Source: Akkermansia muciniphila ATCC BAA-835 (lineage in GTDB: Bacteria > Verrucomicrobiota > Verrucomicrobiia > Verrucomicrobiales > Akkermansiaceae). Taken from it: a stretch of 32,000 nucleotides of DNA. The position numbers were made by a program, and so were the translations under genes. The stretch lies in contig NC_010655.1 of the NCBI RefSeq assembly GCF_000020225.1, forward strand, positions 1,980,001 through 2,012,000. The letters run 5' to 3'. The notes under the pieces were generated by a model that made no database searches, was not told the DNA's origin, and was given only the letters and a program-made list of their open reading frames with translations. The number at the start of each line of letters is the position of its first letter. Within the stretch, counting starts at the first letter, position 1. Positions 10,253 to 20,003 of the stretch are shown here, piece by piece.

Positions 10253-10388
10253 CAAAACGCCTCCGGTTTGGCGAATGAGAAAAAAGAAGAGTTCTCTTTC
10301 AACGGCGGCACGACCGTTTTTTCCGTAACACGGCGCAGTAGCCTGGGCTGCGGAAGAAAGCATAGGGAAAACTGCGCGGGAGCGTTTC

Positions 10389-10610
10389 CTAAATTTCCAA
10401 ATCTTCCGGTGTAACGGAACGTTGTTCCCGGGATGCAAGCAGTACGGCTTGTTCCACGACATATTCCGTATTGGAGTCAAAACGGTAGGCGTTGCAGTTG
10501 GGACACACTGCCGTAGTCAGGGATACGATGGAACCGCAGGCTTCGCAAACCTTGAAGTCCCCGGGACGGTCAATAATCAGTTTGGCTTTATCCAGGCGGG
10601 ATTGCTGCAT
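10389..10610 (-). CDS. Small zinc-ribbon protein (CxxC...CxxC), function unknown
   Basis: A 73-aa ORF with CEACGSIVSLTTAVCPNCNAYRF. It lies just downstream of the rpsT terminator on the same strand. Confidence 0.55.
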   Translation of the reverse strand: MQQSRLDKAKLIIDRPGDFKVCEACGSIVSLTTAVCPNCNAYRFDSNTEYVVEQAVLLASREQRSVTPEDLEI

Positions 10611-10627
10611 GGGAGTAGAAAATAAAA

Positions 10628-10656
10628 CAAGCCGCTCAGCAGAACAGAGCGGCTTG
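10628..10656 (-). terminator. Rho-independent terminator of rpsT
   Basis: A 10-bp stem, CAAGCCGCTC pairing with GAGCGGCTTG, with a 9-nt loop. On the minus strand it is followed by TTTTATTTT (10627-10619) and sits about 35 nt after the rpsT stop. Confidence 0.75.
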
Positions 10657-10690
10657 CCATAAAGAATCGTCAGAAAACCGAAGTGAAAAC

Positions 10691-10954
10691 TCAGGCGATT
10701 TTTGCGATGGCCTTGGCGGCCTTGCTCTTGTAGTTGGCTGCACGATTGGCGGGAATGGTGCCAACCTTGGCGGCTTTGTCAACGGCTGAGGAGAAAGTGT
10801 TGTAGGCAGCAGCAGCGGCTTCCTTGTCGGACGTTTCCACCGCAGCGGCAACTTTCTTGCGGAGGGTCTTCAACTTGGAGGTCACGGCGCGGTTGCGGGC
10901 GGTGCGGGTTGCTGTCTGGCGGATGCGCTTGAGTGCGGATTTGGTATTGGCCAT
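10691..10954 (-). CDS. rpsT: 30S ribosomal protein S20
   Basis: An 87-aa basic protein starting MANTKSALKRIRQTATRTARNRAVTSKLKT, the canonical S20 N-terminus. Confidence 0.95.
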   Translation of the reverse strand: MANTKSALKRIRQTATRTARNRAVTSKLKTLRKKVAAAVETSDKEAAAAAYNTFSSAVDKAAKVGTIPANRAANYKSKAAKAIAKIA

Positions 10955-11114
10955 GTTTAAAAAAGGTTCGGTTTCCGTTTCGAGGTGGCAAAAACATTAG
11001 AATAACAGGACAAAATGTCAAGCTCTTGATGTATTTTTTAAGGCATTCCTTTCCTGCACGGACTGACTGTGGGCTTTACCGGAAAAGGAGTTTGTGGCAC
11101 TATATTCTCCCGTT

Positions 11115-11723
11115 ATGAAGAAACGCGTGGATTTGCCTGAAAAAAAATATGAAGGATATATTTTTGATTTGGACGGCACCCTGGTGGACAGTATGCCGCT
11201 CCATTACAGGGCATGGCGTGAAGCCCTGGCTCGAGCGGGGGCTCCGGACCATGTGTTCCGGGCGGATGAATTTTATTCCTGCGGCGGAAAATCCGCCAAT
11301 GATGTGGTGCGTTTTTTAAATGAACGGTACGGCATGCACATGGATGCGGCGTCCACAGCTGCGGACAAGCGCCGCATTTATTTGGAAATGCTGGAAAAGG
11401 AAGGCATGCAGCCTATCCGGGAAGTGGTGGAATTCGTGCATTCCCTGGGAGACGCCCCCAAGGCGATAGCTACCGGGAGCGCCATGCCGGGAGCGTCCCG
11501 GACTCTGGCTGCTGCCGGACTTTCAGGCCTTTTTGATGTGATTTTGACGCCGGATGAGGTGGAGCATGGCAAACCTGCTCCGGACATGTTTTTGAAGGCG
11601 GCGGAACTCCTGGGGGCATCCCCGGACCGTTGCGTGGTTTTTGAGGATGCCGAACCCGGCATGAAAGCTGCCGCGGCCGCAGGAATGGACTGCGTACAGG
11701 TCCGGCGGCCATCCCTGTCCTGA
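11115..11723 (+). CDS. HAD-superfamily hydrolase (beta-phosphoglucomutase-like subfamily IA)
   Basis: Motif I is IFDLDGTLVDS. The later motifs are ATGSA and GKPAPDMFL...VVFEDAEPGMKAA. ATG 11115 (MKKRVDLPEKK) was chosen over the upstream alternative start at 11094. Confidence 0.85.
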   Translation: MKKRVDLPEKKYEGYIFDLDGTLVDSMPLHYRAWREALARAGAPDHVFRADEFYSCGGKSANDVVRFLNERYGMHMDAASTAADKRRIYLEMLEKEGMQPIREVVEFVHSLGDAPKAIATGSAMPGASRTLAAAGLSGLFDVILTPDEVEHGKPAPDMFLKAAELLGASPDRCVVFEDAEPGMKAAAAAGMDCVQVRRPSLS

Positions 11724-11872
11724 TTCCTCTTTCCGGATTTGGTACGGAAGGGGATTCCGGGATTTTCCTCCTTTCTCCATGCCCTTCTTCCTTTTAAGGA
11801 AAAGGCTTCACATTGCGCCCGGAATGCGTTAGAACCTTTTTTCCTATTGAACAAATAAAATATTATTTGCAC

Positions 11873-13726
11873 ATGAGCACAAACGACAAAACATCATCCG
11901 CCCCGACGAAAACCCGCATGACAGGAGCTGAAGTGCTCGTGGAATGCCTCGTGCGTGAAGGTGTAGACGTCGTCTTTGCCTATCCTGGCGGCGCCAGCAT
12001 GCCGATTCATCAGGCCCTGAGCCATCAGCCCAAGATACGGACCATCCTGCCCCGCCATGAACAGGGCGGGGCATTCGGCGCGGAAGGCTATGGCCGCGTT
12101 ACGGGCAAGGTGGGCGTTTGCATTTCCACTTCCGGCCCCGGCGCCACCAACATGATTACCTCCATTGCGGATGCTTATCTGGACTCCACGCCTCTGGTGG
12201 CGATTACGGCTCAGGTCATGCGCTCCTTGATTGGACGCGGCGCCTTCCAGGAAACAGACGTATTCGGCATGACCGCCCCTATCGTGAAGCACAGCTATCT
12301 GGTGACGGAACCGGAAGAACTGCCCCGTATCATCAAGGAAGCCTTCTACATCGCTTCCACGGGCCGTCCGGGCCCTGTGCTGATTGACATGCCCAAGGAC
12401 GTGCAGGAGGCCGTGTTCACACCGGACTTTGACATGGAGATGGATATTCCCGGCTACAACCCCGTGCTGCCCGTCCCTGCGGACAAGCTGGAAGAACTCA
12501 TCCCGTTGATTGAAAACGCCAGGCGGCCTGTCATTTACGCCGGCGGCGGCATCATTTCTGCGGAAGCTTCCGGGGATCTTCTGGAATTTGCGGAACGTTC
12601 CCAGATTCCTGTGGCGACCACCCTGATGGGCATTGGCGCCATGCCGGAAACCCACCCTCTTTCCCTGCGTTGGCTGGGCATGCACGGAGCCGTGTTTGCG
12701 AATAACGCCGTGAATGAAGCGGATCTGGTTATTGCCCTGGGCGCCCGGTTTGACGACCGCGTAACAGGCGCCGTCAATATGTTCTGTCCGGAATCCACGA
12801 TCGTTCACATTGATATCGACGCCAGCGAGATCAATAAAAACAAGAAGGTGGCGTATCCCATCCGCGCAAACGTGAAGGACGCCCTCCAGGTGCTCAACTC
12901 CGCTCTGGCCGCAAAAGGCTGGGAGCGCAAATCCTCCGGCTACACCCGCACTCCTGAATGGTTCGGCGTGATTGACAGTTGGAAAAAACAGTACCCCTTC
13001 TCCTATGAGGACCGCAAGGGGTATATCGCCCCGCAGGCTGTCATTGAGGAGCTCTACCGCCAGACGGCGGACAAGGACCCCATCATCTGCACGGGGGTGG
13101 GCCAGCATCAGATGTTTGCCGCTCAATTCTTCAAATTTGACAAGCCCCGCCGTCTGGCCACTTCCGGCGGTTTGGGAACCATGGGCTATGGACTTCCCGC
13201 CTCCATGGGAGCGTGCCTGGCTTATCCGGACAGACTGGTCGTGAATATTGACGGGGACGGTTCCATGCTCATGAATATTCAGGAGCTGGCAACCATTCAT
13301 GTGGAGCGTCTGCCCGTCAAATGCATTATTCTGAACAACCAGCACCTGGGCATGGTGGTCCAATGGGAAGATTTGAAGTATGATTCCAACCGGGCCCAAA
13401 CCTTCCTGGCGGACCCGCACGACAATTATGATCCTACCCATAAAACGGAAGATGTCATCTACCCGAACTATCCGCTTATTTGTGCCGGATTCGGCGTCAA
13501 GTGCGAGCGTGTGCTTCGCATAGAGGAGCTTCCGGCGGCTATCACCCGGATGATTGAATCCCCTGAGGCCTATGTCCTGGACGTCATGGTTCCCCATGAT
13601 GTGCATGTGCTGCCGATGATTCTGGGGGGCATGAGCTACAAGGATGTGATTCTGGAACGTATTGCCGGGGATGGTTCCGCCAAAAAGGCGTCTGAACTGG
13701 GCAAGGAAATCCCGACTGCCCTGTAA
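11873..13726 (+). CDS. ilvB: Acetolactate synthase (acetohydroxy-acid synthase) large catalytic subunit
   Basis: TPP-enzyme architecture: GAEVLVECLVREGVDVVFAYPGGA, HEQGGAFGAEGYGRVTGKVGVCISTSGPGATN, GLGTMGYGLPASMGA, DGDGSMLMNIQEL. ATG 11873 (MSTNDK) is in frame with the longer ORF. Confidence 0.93.
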   Translation: MSTNDKTSSAPTKTRMTGAEVLVECLVREGVDVVFAYPGGASMPIHQALSHQPKIRTILPRHEQGGAFGAEGYGRVTGKVGVCISTSGPGATNMITSIADAYLDSTPLVAITAQVMRSLIGRGAFQETDVFGMTAPIVKHSYLVTEPEELPRIIKEAFYIASTGRPGPVLIDMPKDVQEAVFTPDFDMEMDIPGYNPVLPVPADKLEELIPLIENARRPVIYAGGGIISAEASGDLLEFAERSQIPVATTLMGIGAMPETHPLSLRWLGMHGAVFANNAVNEADLVIALGARFDDRVTGAVNMFCPESTIVHIDIDASEINKNKKVAYPIRANVKDALQVLNSALAAKGWERKSSGYTRTPEWFGVIDSWKKQYPFSYEDRKGYIAPQAVIEELYRQTADKDPIICTGVGQHQMFAAQFFKFDKPRRLATSGGLGTMGYGLPASMGACLAYPDRLVVNIDGDGSMLMNIQELATIHVERLPVKCIILNNQHLGMVVQWEDLKYDSNRAQTFLADPHDNYDPTHKTEDVIYPNYPLICAGFGVKCERVLRIEELPAAITRMIESPEAYVLDVMVPHDVHVLPMILGGMSYKDVILERIAGDGSAKKASELGKEIPTAL

Positions 13727-13757
13727 GAGCGAGGCAAGCTTCTTCTATTGAGCCTTA

Positions 13758-13789
13758 AACAGGAGCCGTCCGTAAGGGCGGCTCCTGTT
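13758..13789 (+). terminator. Hairpin terminator after ilvB
   Basis: AACAGGAGCCG (13758-13768) pairs with CGGCTCCTGTT (13779-13789). The stem extends inward to a GTAA tetraloop. It sits about 30 nt after the ilvB stop. There is no clear T-tract, so its efficiency as an intrinsic terminator is uncertain. Confidence 0.6.
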
Positions 13790-14214
13790 GCATGGCGGCG
13801 CAAGTGGAATGCAGGTCAGTTGACTGCCGTTAGGGTGGCAGCAAGGCATGTATATAGATCCGGATATTCCTGTTTTCCGGTAGGTGAATTCCTGGTTTTG
13901 TGAAGGAATGAGGAAGATGTTTCTGGACGCAGTAGAAAAGAACGGTTAGCATCAATGAGCCAAATTGAGTGCAAGCTGGCTCGGACGTGAAGTAACTGAG
14001 GTTTTCTAAGATGATGCCACATCGGATGCTGCGCTTGCGCCAACCTCAAGCTCACAGAAAATTGCCGGGAATCCAGCGCATGCTGTAAGCGATTGAGAAA
14101 TGTAGCTTAACAGAAAAATTCCCTTTGATCAGGCCTGGCCGCATCCGGTTCTTGCATCAGGTTGGCGCAAGACCTTTGTTGCATGTTTGATACTCAAACC
14201 GTATTCGTCAGGCC

Positions 14215-14246
14215 GTCGCACCCACACGGGTGCGTGAATTGAAGTT
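14215..14246 (+). repeat. Solitary CRISPR-like repeat resembling the type I-C repeat family
   Basis: GTCGCACCCACACGGGTGCGTGAATTGAAGTT has the GTCGC head, a 6-bp GC-rich hairpin (GCACCC/GGGTGC, 4-nt loop) and an ATTGAA tail. That is the layout of I-C repeats as I recall them (GTCGCGCCCCGCACGGGCGCGTGGATTGAAAC). I found only one copy, with no second repeat at spacer distance and no cas genes. Confidence 0.55.
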
Positions 14247-14440
14247 TTTATGTATGTTTGACATATTTAAATACGAATCGTTGTTTTATTAAGGGAGGGA
14301 GATATATTGAAATAAGGGTATTTGTTGCTGAAGAATGAAAGATGGATTTTTGTGTTTTTTGTTGAATGCAATATTTTGACGGAGGAAGTTGGTTTTTCGG
14401 CTGATAGAGGAGAAATGACGGGAAGTATTATTGGACGAAT

Positions 14441-15274
14441 ATGAAAAGATATTGTCTGGTTTACGGGTTATGTTTGTGCCTGTTCATGGGGATATTTTCA
14501 TGTATTCCGGAAGCTCCGGAGCATAAGACGGAAAAAGATGCCTCAGCCATTGTTCTGGATGAGGATTCGGATATAATCTGGAGGAATTTTTCTTTGGGCC
14601 GCATTTCATTCGATGATAAGGCTCCGCATAGTAAAGGTTCCCGCATTTTTCGCCGATTGATTCCAGATACGGAGGTTTATATCCGTCAGTTGTCCCGTAT
14701 TGTTCTCCATACGTTGTATGAGAGTCCTGAAGAATATATTATTCCTGTCCACCATTTGCGTTTCATGCTGGAGGATACCGATGGAGTTGCCTGCAAATGG
14801 GGAGGAAATGGAGAGGTTGCCATTTCCTGCAGCACGCGCCATATTGAGAGTTTGTTTAAAGATGATGATGATGCGGCGAAGGTTTATTTTGAAATTCGAG
14901 GAGTCTTGTTGCATGAGCTAACCCATGTTTACCAACAGGAACCCCAGGGGATAGGTTCCTATGGAACGAACAGGGAATTTAGAGCATTTATCGAGGGGAT
15001 GGCTGATGCCGTTCGTATAGCTAACGGGGGATTCCATAGAGGAGCCTACCGTCCTACGGGCGGCAGTTATATGGATGGCTACCTCCATGCAGGTTATTTT
15101 TTTGTGTGGCTGCGGGATTATAAAGACCCTGAATTTCTACGCAAATTTAACCGTAGTGCTCTTGAGGTCGTTCCATGGTCGTTTGATGGCGCCGTTAAAT
15201 ATGCCTTGGGCAGCGAGTATCATATTGATGAGTTGTGGCGGGAGTATCAAAGGGTGATGGAAGAGGAAAAATAG
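14441..15274 (+). CDS. Lipoprotein, BSP-family (peptidase of plants and bacteria, PF04450-like) putative zinc metallopeptidase
   Basis: Signal peptide plus lipobox (LCLFMGIFSC), an HExxH motif in LLHELTHVYQQ, and a downstream FIEGMADAVRIANG. This resembles the basic-secretory-protein family (HE.THVWQ ... EGIADYVR). G+C is visibly lower than in neighbouring genes. Confidence 0.65.
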   Translation: MKRYCLVYGLCLCLFMGIFSCIPEAPEHKTEKDASAIVLDEDSDIIWRNFSLGRISFDDKAPHSKGSRIFRRLIPDTEVYIRQLSRIVLHTLYESPEEYIIPVHHLRFMLEDTDGVACKWGGNGEVAISCSTRHIESLFKDDDDAAKVYFEIRGVLLHELTHVYQQEPQGIGSYGTNREFRAFIEGMADAVRIANGGFHRGAYRPTGGSYMDGYLHAGYFFVWLRDYKDPEFLRKFNRSALEVVPWSFDGAVKYALGSEYHIDELWREYQRVMEEEK

Positions 15275-15547
15275 AGGCGCTTCATAGTTCAGGAGTTTTG
15301 ATGGGATATCTAGACAGGAGGCTGGAATAGAAGGAATGGCCGTGGAGAGCGTTCTTAAGGCGTGGGTATTTCTCGTTTACCATTTTTGAAAAGCAAGGTC
15401 TGAGTGGCCCGGCAGAAAGACAGGATGCCTTGGACAGAGGGATGGGAAACGGTGAGGAGGAGCGAGAAGCACCCATGCTGGAAACGGGAGGCAGGGATAT
15501 TCTTTCGGCTGGACAAACGGAGGGACGGAAGACATTCTAGGCGTTCC

Positions 15548-16444
15548 ATGGAGGGCATACGCTATTACAACCGCTATACGGGCAGGGAGGAACGGGAACA
15601 GGTACCGGGGGAGAAGTATATGCAATGGATTTACGGCACTGCTTCGGGGAAGGCGGCACTGCATGTCCTGATTAAACGCGGCGTTTTTTCCCGTCTGCTG
15701 GGTTGGTTGAAGAATCGCCCTTCCAGCGCCCGCTCCATTCCCTCCTTTGTGGAGGAGTACGGCATTAATATGGAAGATTCTCTCAAGGGAATGGGGGAGT
15801 TCAGGCATTTCAACGATTTTTTCTACCGCCGCCTGAAACCGGGAGCTCGCCCTCTGGCCGGCGGGGAGGATACGGCCGTTTTTCCCGCGGATGCCCGGCA
15901 CATGGGCTGGGAACGCGCCGACCGAATTAAGAATGTTTTCGTGAAAGGGCAGCGTTTTGACCTGCCTTCCCTTCTGGGGAGCGACACCTTGGCTGAGCGG
16001 TATGCGGCTGGCGCCGTCGTCTTGTCGCGCCTGTGCCCTACGGATTACCACCGGTTTCATTTTCCAGTGTCCGGGGTGCCCGGCCCCTGGACGAAGCTGG
16101 GAGGCCCGCTGGCAAGCGTGTCTCCGTATTGCCTGCGCGGCCGTCTGGCGTGGCTATGGACTAATAAAAGGAATTTGACCCTGATCCGGTCAGAGTTGTG
16201 GGGAGAGGTCGCCATGCTGGAGGTGGGGGCTACCGGAGTTGGGTTGATTGAAGAGACGTATGTTCCGGGTGTTTTCTCCGCAAGAGGGGCGGAGAAGGGG
16301 TATTTTGCCTTTGGTGGCTCCACGGTAATGTGCTTTTTTGAACCGGGAAAAGTCAGTTTGGCTTCCGATTTGTTGGAAAAGACGGAAGAAGGCCTGGAGC
16401 TGTTTGCCCGGCAGGGTGATATGATGGGCACGGCAGCGACATAG
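15548..16444 (+). CDS. psd: Phosphatidylserine decarboxylase proenzyme
   Basis: FFYRRLKPGARP, RLCPTDYHRFHFPVSG and the self-cleavage region FAFGGSTV. ATG 15548 (MEGIRYYNRY) is preferred over the arginine-rich 48-codon upstream extension from 15404. Confidence 0.85.
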   Translation: MEGIRYYNRYTGREEREQVPGEKYMQWIYGTASGKAALHVLIKRGVFSRLLGWLKNRPSSARSIPSFVEEYGINMEDSLKGMGEFRHFNDFFYRRLKPGARPLAGGEDTAVFPADARHMGWERADRIKNVFVKGQRFDLPSLLGSDTLAERYAAGAVVLSRLCPTDYHRFHFPVSGVPGPWTKLGGPLASVSPYCLRGRLAWLWTNKRNLTLIRSELWGEVAMLEVGATGVGLIEETYVPGVFSARGAEKGYFAFGGSTVMCFFEPGKVSLASDLLEKTEEGLELFARQGDMMGTAAT

Positions 16445-16582
16445 TTTTTGGGCAGGCGTGCCTGTCCCGCAATGTTGTGAATAGGGCTCTTCCCTAGAGC
16501 CTGATGACGGAATACCGGGGATGGACTCCGGCGTTTCAGGGCGGATTTTCGGATTTTTTGATTTTCCGAAGTGCCAAGTGGT

Positions 16583-17236
16583 TCATTTCATTTCCGCAAT
16601 GGCGTGGGCCATATCCGGAGCCTTGAAGGTAGAGGAGCCTGCCACCAGCACATCCGCTCCGGCCAGAGCGCACTGAGCGGCATTGTTTTGGCCAATTCCT
16701 CCGTCCATTTGAATGAGGAAGGAGGCGCGGTTTTCCGTGCGCCATTCGGCGGCTTTTTCCACCTTGTCCAATACGGAAGGCATGAAGGACTGGCCGCCGA
16801 AGCCAGGCACTACGGACATGACCAGCAGCAGGTCTATTTCCGCCAGGTAAGGTTCTACGGCTTCAAAGGGTGTGGCCGGGTTGAGAGCCAGGCCGTTTTT
16901 TACTCCGGCTTCCCGGATTCGCCCGAGTGTGTTGCGAATGTAGTAGGAGTCTCCCAGTTCCACGTGAAAGCAGATGAGGTTCACACCTGCCCTGACGAAG
17001 CGGTCAAAGTAGTGGTCCGGCCGTTCTATCATCAGGTGGGCATCCAGAAAGCGGTCCGGCCCCACCGCTTTTCTGACGGCGGCGCAGATTTCCGGGCCAA
17101 AGGAGATGTTGTCCACAAAGTGGCCGTCCATGATGTCCAGATGCAGCCAGTCGGCACCGGCGTCAAAGGCCCGCCGCGCTTCCTCCCCAATGCGGGAGAA
17201 ATCAGCGGCCAGCAGGGACGGGGAGATTATGGTCAT
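16583..17236 (-). CDS. rpe: Ribulose-phosphate 3-epimerase
   Basis: 217 aa: ISPSLLAADFSRIGEE, ADWLHLDIMDGHFVDNISFGP, HLMIERP, VMSVVPGFGGQSF, IQMDGGI. Confidence 0.95.
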   Translation of the reverse strand: MTIISPSLLAADFSRIGEEARRAFDAGADWLHLDIMDGHFVDNISFGPEICAAVRKAVGPDRFLDAHLMIERPDHYFDRFVRAGVNLICFHVELGDSYYIRNTLGRIREAGVKNGLALNPATPFEAVEPYLAEIDLLLVMSVVPGFGGQSFMPSVLDKVEKAAEWRTENRASFLIQMDGGIGQNNAAQCALAGADVLVAGSSTFKAPDMAHAIAEMK

Positions 17237-17260
17237 GGCTGAGGGAGGCTTTTCGGGATG

Positions 17261-19834
17261 TCAGTTGGCTACAATGTTGACGAGGCGGCCGGGTACGACA
17301 ATTACCTTGCGCACAGTGACGCCGTCCAGGAAGGTTTTCACCTTGGCGGAAGCCAGGGCCTGTTTTTCCAGTTCTTCCCGGGAGATGTCCTTGGGCACTT
17401 CCAGTTTGTCCCTCAGCTTGCCGTTCACCTGGATGACCATGGGAACGGTATTTTCCTCCAGCAGGGCTTCCTCCCATTCAGGCCAGCTTTTCTGGCAAAG
17501 CTGCGTCTGGGCCAGAGCCGGGAAGGCTGTTTGCAGGCGGCTGTGTATTTCTTCCGTAAGGTGGGGGGCAAAGGGATTCAGCAGAGTCAGGAAAGCATCA
17601 TAGTCCTGAACGTCCACCACATCCGCGGAGGTCATGGCATTGGTGCATTCCATCATTTTCGCGATGGCGGTGTTGAAGGACATGCCATTGATGTCCTCCG
17701 TCACTTTTTTAATGGTTTTGTGCAATTCCTTGCGTACGGCAAGCACCCCGGCTTCCGGAGCGTTCTCCACCAGTTTGGAGTTGATTTCCCATTCTCCTTC
17801 CTGATTTTCCCGGAAGGCCACGCGCCAGACGCGGGCCAGGAAGCGGGAAATGCCTTCCACACCTTTGGTTGCCCAAGGTTTCACGTCCTTGAGAGGGCCC
17901 ATGAACATTTCATATAACCGCAGGGAGTCCGCGCCATATTCGCGGACGATGTCGTCCGGATTGACGACGTTGCCGCGGGATTTGGACATTTTCTGGCCGT
18001 CTTCCCCTAGGATGAGCCCCTGGTTGACGAGTTTTTGGAAGGGTTCATTGGTGCTGAGGTAGCCCAGGTCAAAGAGCACCTTGTGCCAGAAGCGGGCATA
18101 GAGAAGGTGGAGCACGGCGTGTTCCGTGCCGCCCACGTACAGGTCCACGCCTCCGGGGGAGCCGGCGGAGCCCATCCAGTATTGTTCCGCTTCCCGGCTG
18201 ACGAAGCGTTCCGTGTTGGCCGGATCCAGGTAACGCAGGTAGTACCAGCAGGAGCCGGCCCATTGGGGCATGGTGTTTGTTTCCCGGTGGGCTGTGGGCG
18301 TGTAGGCTATCCATTCCGCAGCCTTGACCAGCGGGCCGCGGGGGTCTCCCGTGGGGGCGAAGTCGTCCAGATCCGGCTGGAGTACGGGGAGTTCGCTTTC
18401 CGGCAGGGCGCGGTGGCGACCGTCTTCCCATACGATGGGGAATGGTTCCCCCCAGTAACGCTGGCGGGAGAAGAGCCAGTCGCGCAGCTTGTAGTTTACT
18501 TTGCGGCGTCCCTTGCCGTTTTCTTCCAGCCAGAGGATCATTTTTTCCTTGGCTTCCGGAGTAGGCAGCCCGGTCAGGAAGCCGGAGTTCACGCTGGAAC
18601 CTTCATAACCGCAGAAGCCGCGCCAGTCCGTGTCTTCACTGGGCGGCTGAACTACCTGGAGTATGGGCAGGCCGAAGACCTGGGCAAAGGCGAAGTCGCG
18701 TTCGTCATGGGCGGGGACGGCCATGATGGCTCCGGTTCCGTAACCCATCAGCACATAGTCCGCGATCCAGACGGGAATTTGTTTTCCATTGACCGGATTG
18801 ACGGCATAGGCTCCGGTGAAGACCCCTGTTTTTTCCTTGGAGAGGTCCGTGCGTTCCAGGTCGCTTTTGGAGGCGCACTGGGCGCGGTATTGTTCCACAG
18901 CATGTTTCTGTTCCGGCGTGGTGACGGTATCTACCAGAGGGTGCTCCGGGGAAAGAACCATGTAGGTGGCTCCAAAGAGGGTGTCCGGCCTGGTGGTGTA
19001 AACAGTGATCGTTTCTCCGTCCAAGGTGAAGTCCACTTCCGCACCTTCCGATTTGCCTATCCAGTTGCGCTGAAGCAGTTTAATGGATTCCGGCCAGTCC
19101 AGGGGCTCCAGCTCGTCAATGAGGCGTTCCGCGTAGTCCGTGATGCGCAGCATCCACTGGCGCAGGGGGCGGCGTTCCACGCGGTGTCCCTTGGATTTCC
19201 ATTCCTCCACTTCCTCATTGGCAAGGACGGTCCCCAGGTCCGGGGACCAGTTGACGGCAGCTTCCGCTACGTAGGCCAGCCGGCGCTGGTCGATTTCTTC
19301 CCGGCTCAATCCCTGTTCCTCCAGTTCGGAAACGGGGCGCGCCTTTTTCAGTTCCTTGTTGTAGTAGGAGTTGTAAAGCTGGAGGAATATCCACTGGGTC
19401 CAACGGACGTATTCATGGTCCGTTGTTGCTATTTCCCGGTCCCAGTCGTAAGAGAACCCCAGCATTTTGAGCTGGCGGCGGAAGTTGTCTATATTCCGGA
19501 AGGTAGTGACGGAGGGGTGCTGTCCGGTTTTAATGGCGTATTGTTCCGCCGGAAGGCCGAAGGAGTCCCACCCCATGGGATGGAGCACGTTGAAGCCGTT
19601 CATGCGTTTGAAACGCGCTACAATGTCCGTGGCGGTGTACCCTTCCGGATGGCCCACATGCAGGCCCGCCCCGCTGGGGTAGGGGAACATGTCCAGCACG
19701 TAGTATTTGGGTTTGGACGCATCAAAGCCCTCTTCTCCGGGGTTATTTACTTTAAAGGTTTTCCTCTCGTCCCAGATCTGTTGCCATTTAGGTTCAAAAA
19801 CGTCAAAGGGATATGGTTTCTTGCGCTCGGACAT
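17261..19834 (-). CDS. leuS: Leucine--tRNA ligase
   Basis: Class I aaRS HIGH motif ([16 protein letters not shown]), KMSKS motif ([12 protein letters not shown]) and a CP1 editing-domain region. ATG 19834 ([18 protein letters not shown]) matches the canonical LeuRS N-terminus. The 118-codon extension to 20188 is non-homologous and would overlap the sulfatase gene. Confidence 0.96.
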   Translation of the reverse strand: MSERKKPYPFDVFEPKWQQIWDERKTFKVNNPGEEGFDASKPKYYVLDMFPYPSGAGLHVGHPEGYTATDIVARFKRMNGFNVLHPMGWDSFGLPAEQYAIKTGQHPSVTTFRNIDNFRRQLKMLGFSYDWDREIATTDHEYVRWTQWIFLQLYNSYYNKELKKARPVSELEEQGLSREEIDQRRLAYVAEAAVNWSPDLGTVLANEEVEEWKSKGHRVERRPLRQWMLRITDYAERLIDELEPLDWPESIKLLQRNWIGKSEGAEVDFTLDGETITVYTTRPDTLFGATYMVLSPEHPLVDTVTTPEQKHAVEQYRAQCASKSDLERTDLSKEKTGVFTGAYAVNPVNGKQIPVWIADYVLMGYGTGAIMAVPAHDERDFAFAQVFGLPILQVVQPPSEDTDWRGFCGYEGSSVNSGFLTGLPTPEAKEKMILWLEENGKGRRKVNYKLRDWLFSRQRYWGEPFPIVWEDGRHRALPESELPVLQPDLDDFAPTGDPRGPLVKAAEWIAYTPTAHRETNTMPQWAGSCWYYLRYLDPANTERFVSREAEQYWMGSAGSPGGVDLYVGGTEHAVLHLLYARFWHKVLFDLGYLSTNEPFQKLVNQGLILGEDGQKMSKSRGNVVNPDDIVREYGADSLRLYEMFMGPLKDVKPWATKGVEGISRFLARVWRVAFRENQEGEWEINSKLVENAPEAGVLAVRKELHKTIKKVTEDINGMSFNTAIAKMMECTNAMTSADVVDVQDYDAFLTLLNPFAPHLTEEIHSRLQTAFPALAQTQLCQKSWPEWEEALLEENTVPMVIQVNGKLRDKLEVPKDISREELEKQALASAKVKTFLDGVTVRKVIVVPGRLVNIVAN

Positions 19835-20003
19835 GACGGGAGGGAATGTATACTCCGCCCGCGGGTCAATCAAGCCTAAACCCGGCGGAGTGCAGGCGCT
19901 TCCAATGCTCCTGGGGCATGATGCCGTTTTTCGGAAAAAAGGGGAAAGGTAAGAAGACGTTTGCGCGTATTTTTTAACTGAAAGGTTTTTGTTGATTGCA
20001 ACC

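Noticed and set aside
11894-13606. Very long antisense ORFs opposite real genes (570 aa opposite ilvB; also 18035-19879 opposite leuS, 19974-21032 opposite the sulfatase, 328-1131 opposite the secretin, 9065-10036 opposite ispH, 5005-5808 opposite fabI)
   Set aside because: These are typical shadow ORFs of G+C-rich DNA. Their translations are Arg/Gly/His/Pro-rich low-complexity sequence with no motifs. The opposite strand encodes unmistakable conserved proteins.
13816-14055. 79-aa minus-strand ORF (GTG start) in the ilvB-psd intergenic region
   Set aside because: It has a non-ATG start, no ribosome-binding site, no recognisable motif and an odd composition. I treat the region as non-coding.
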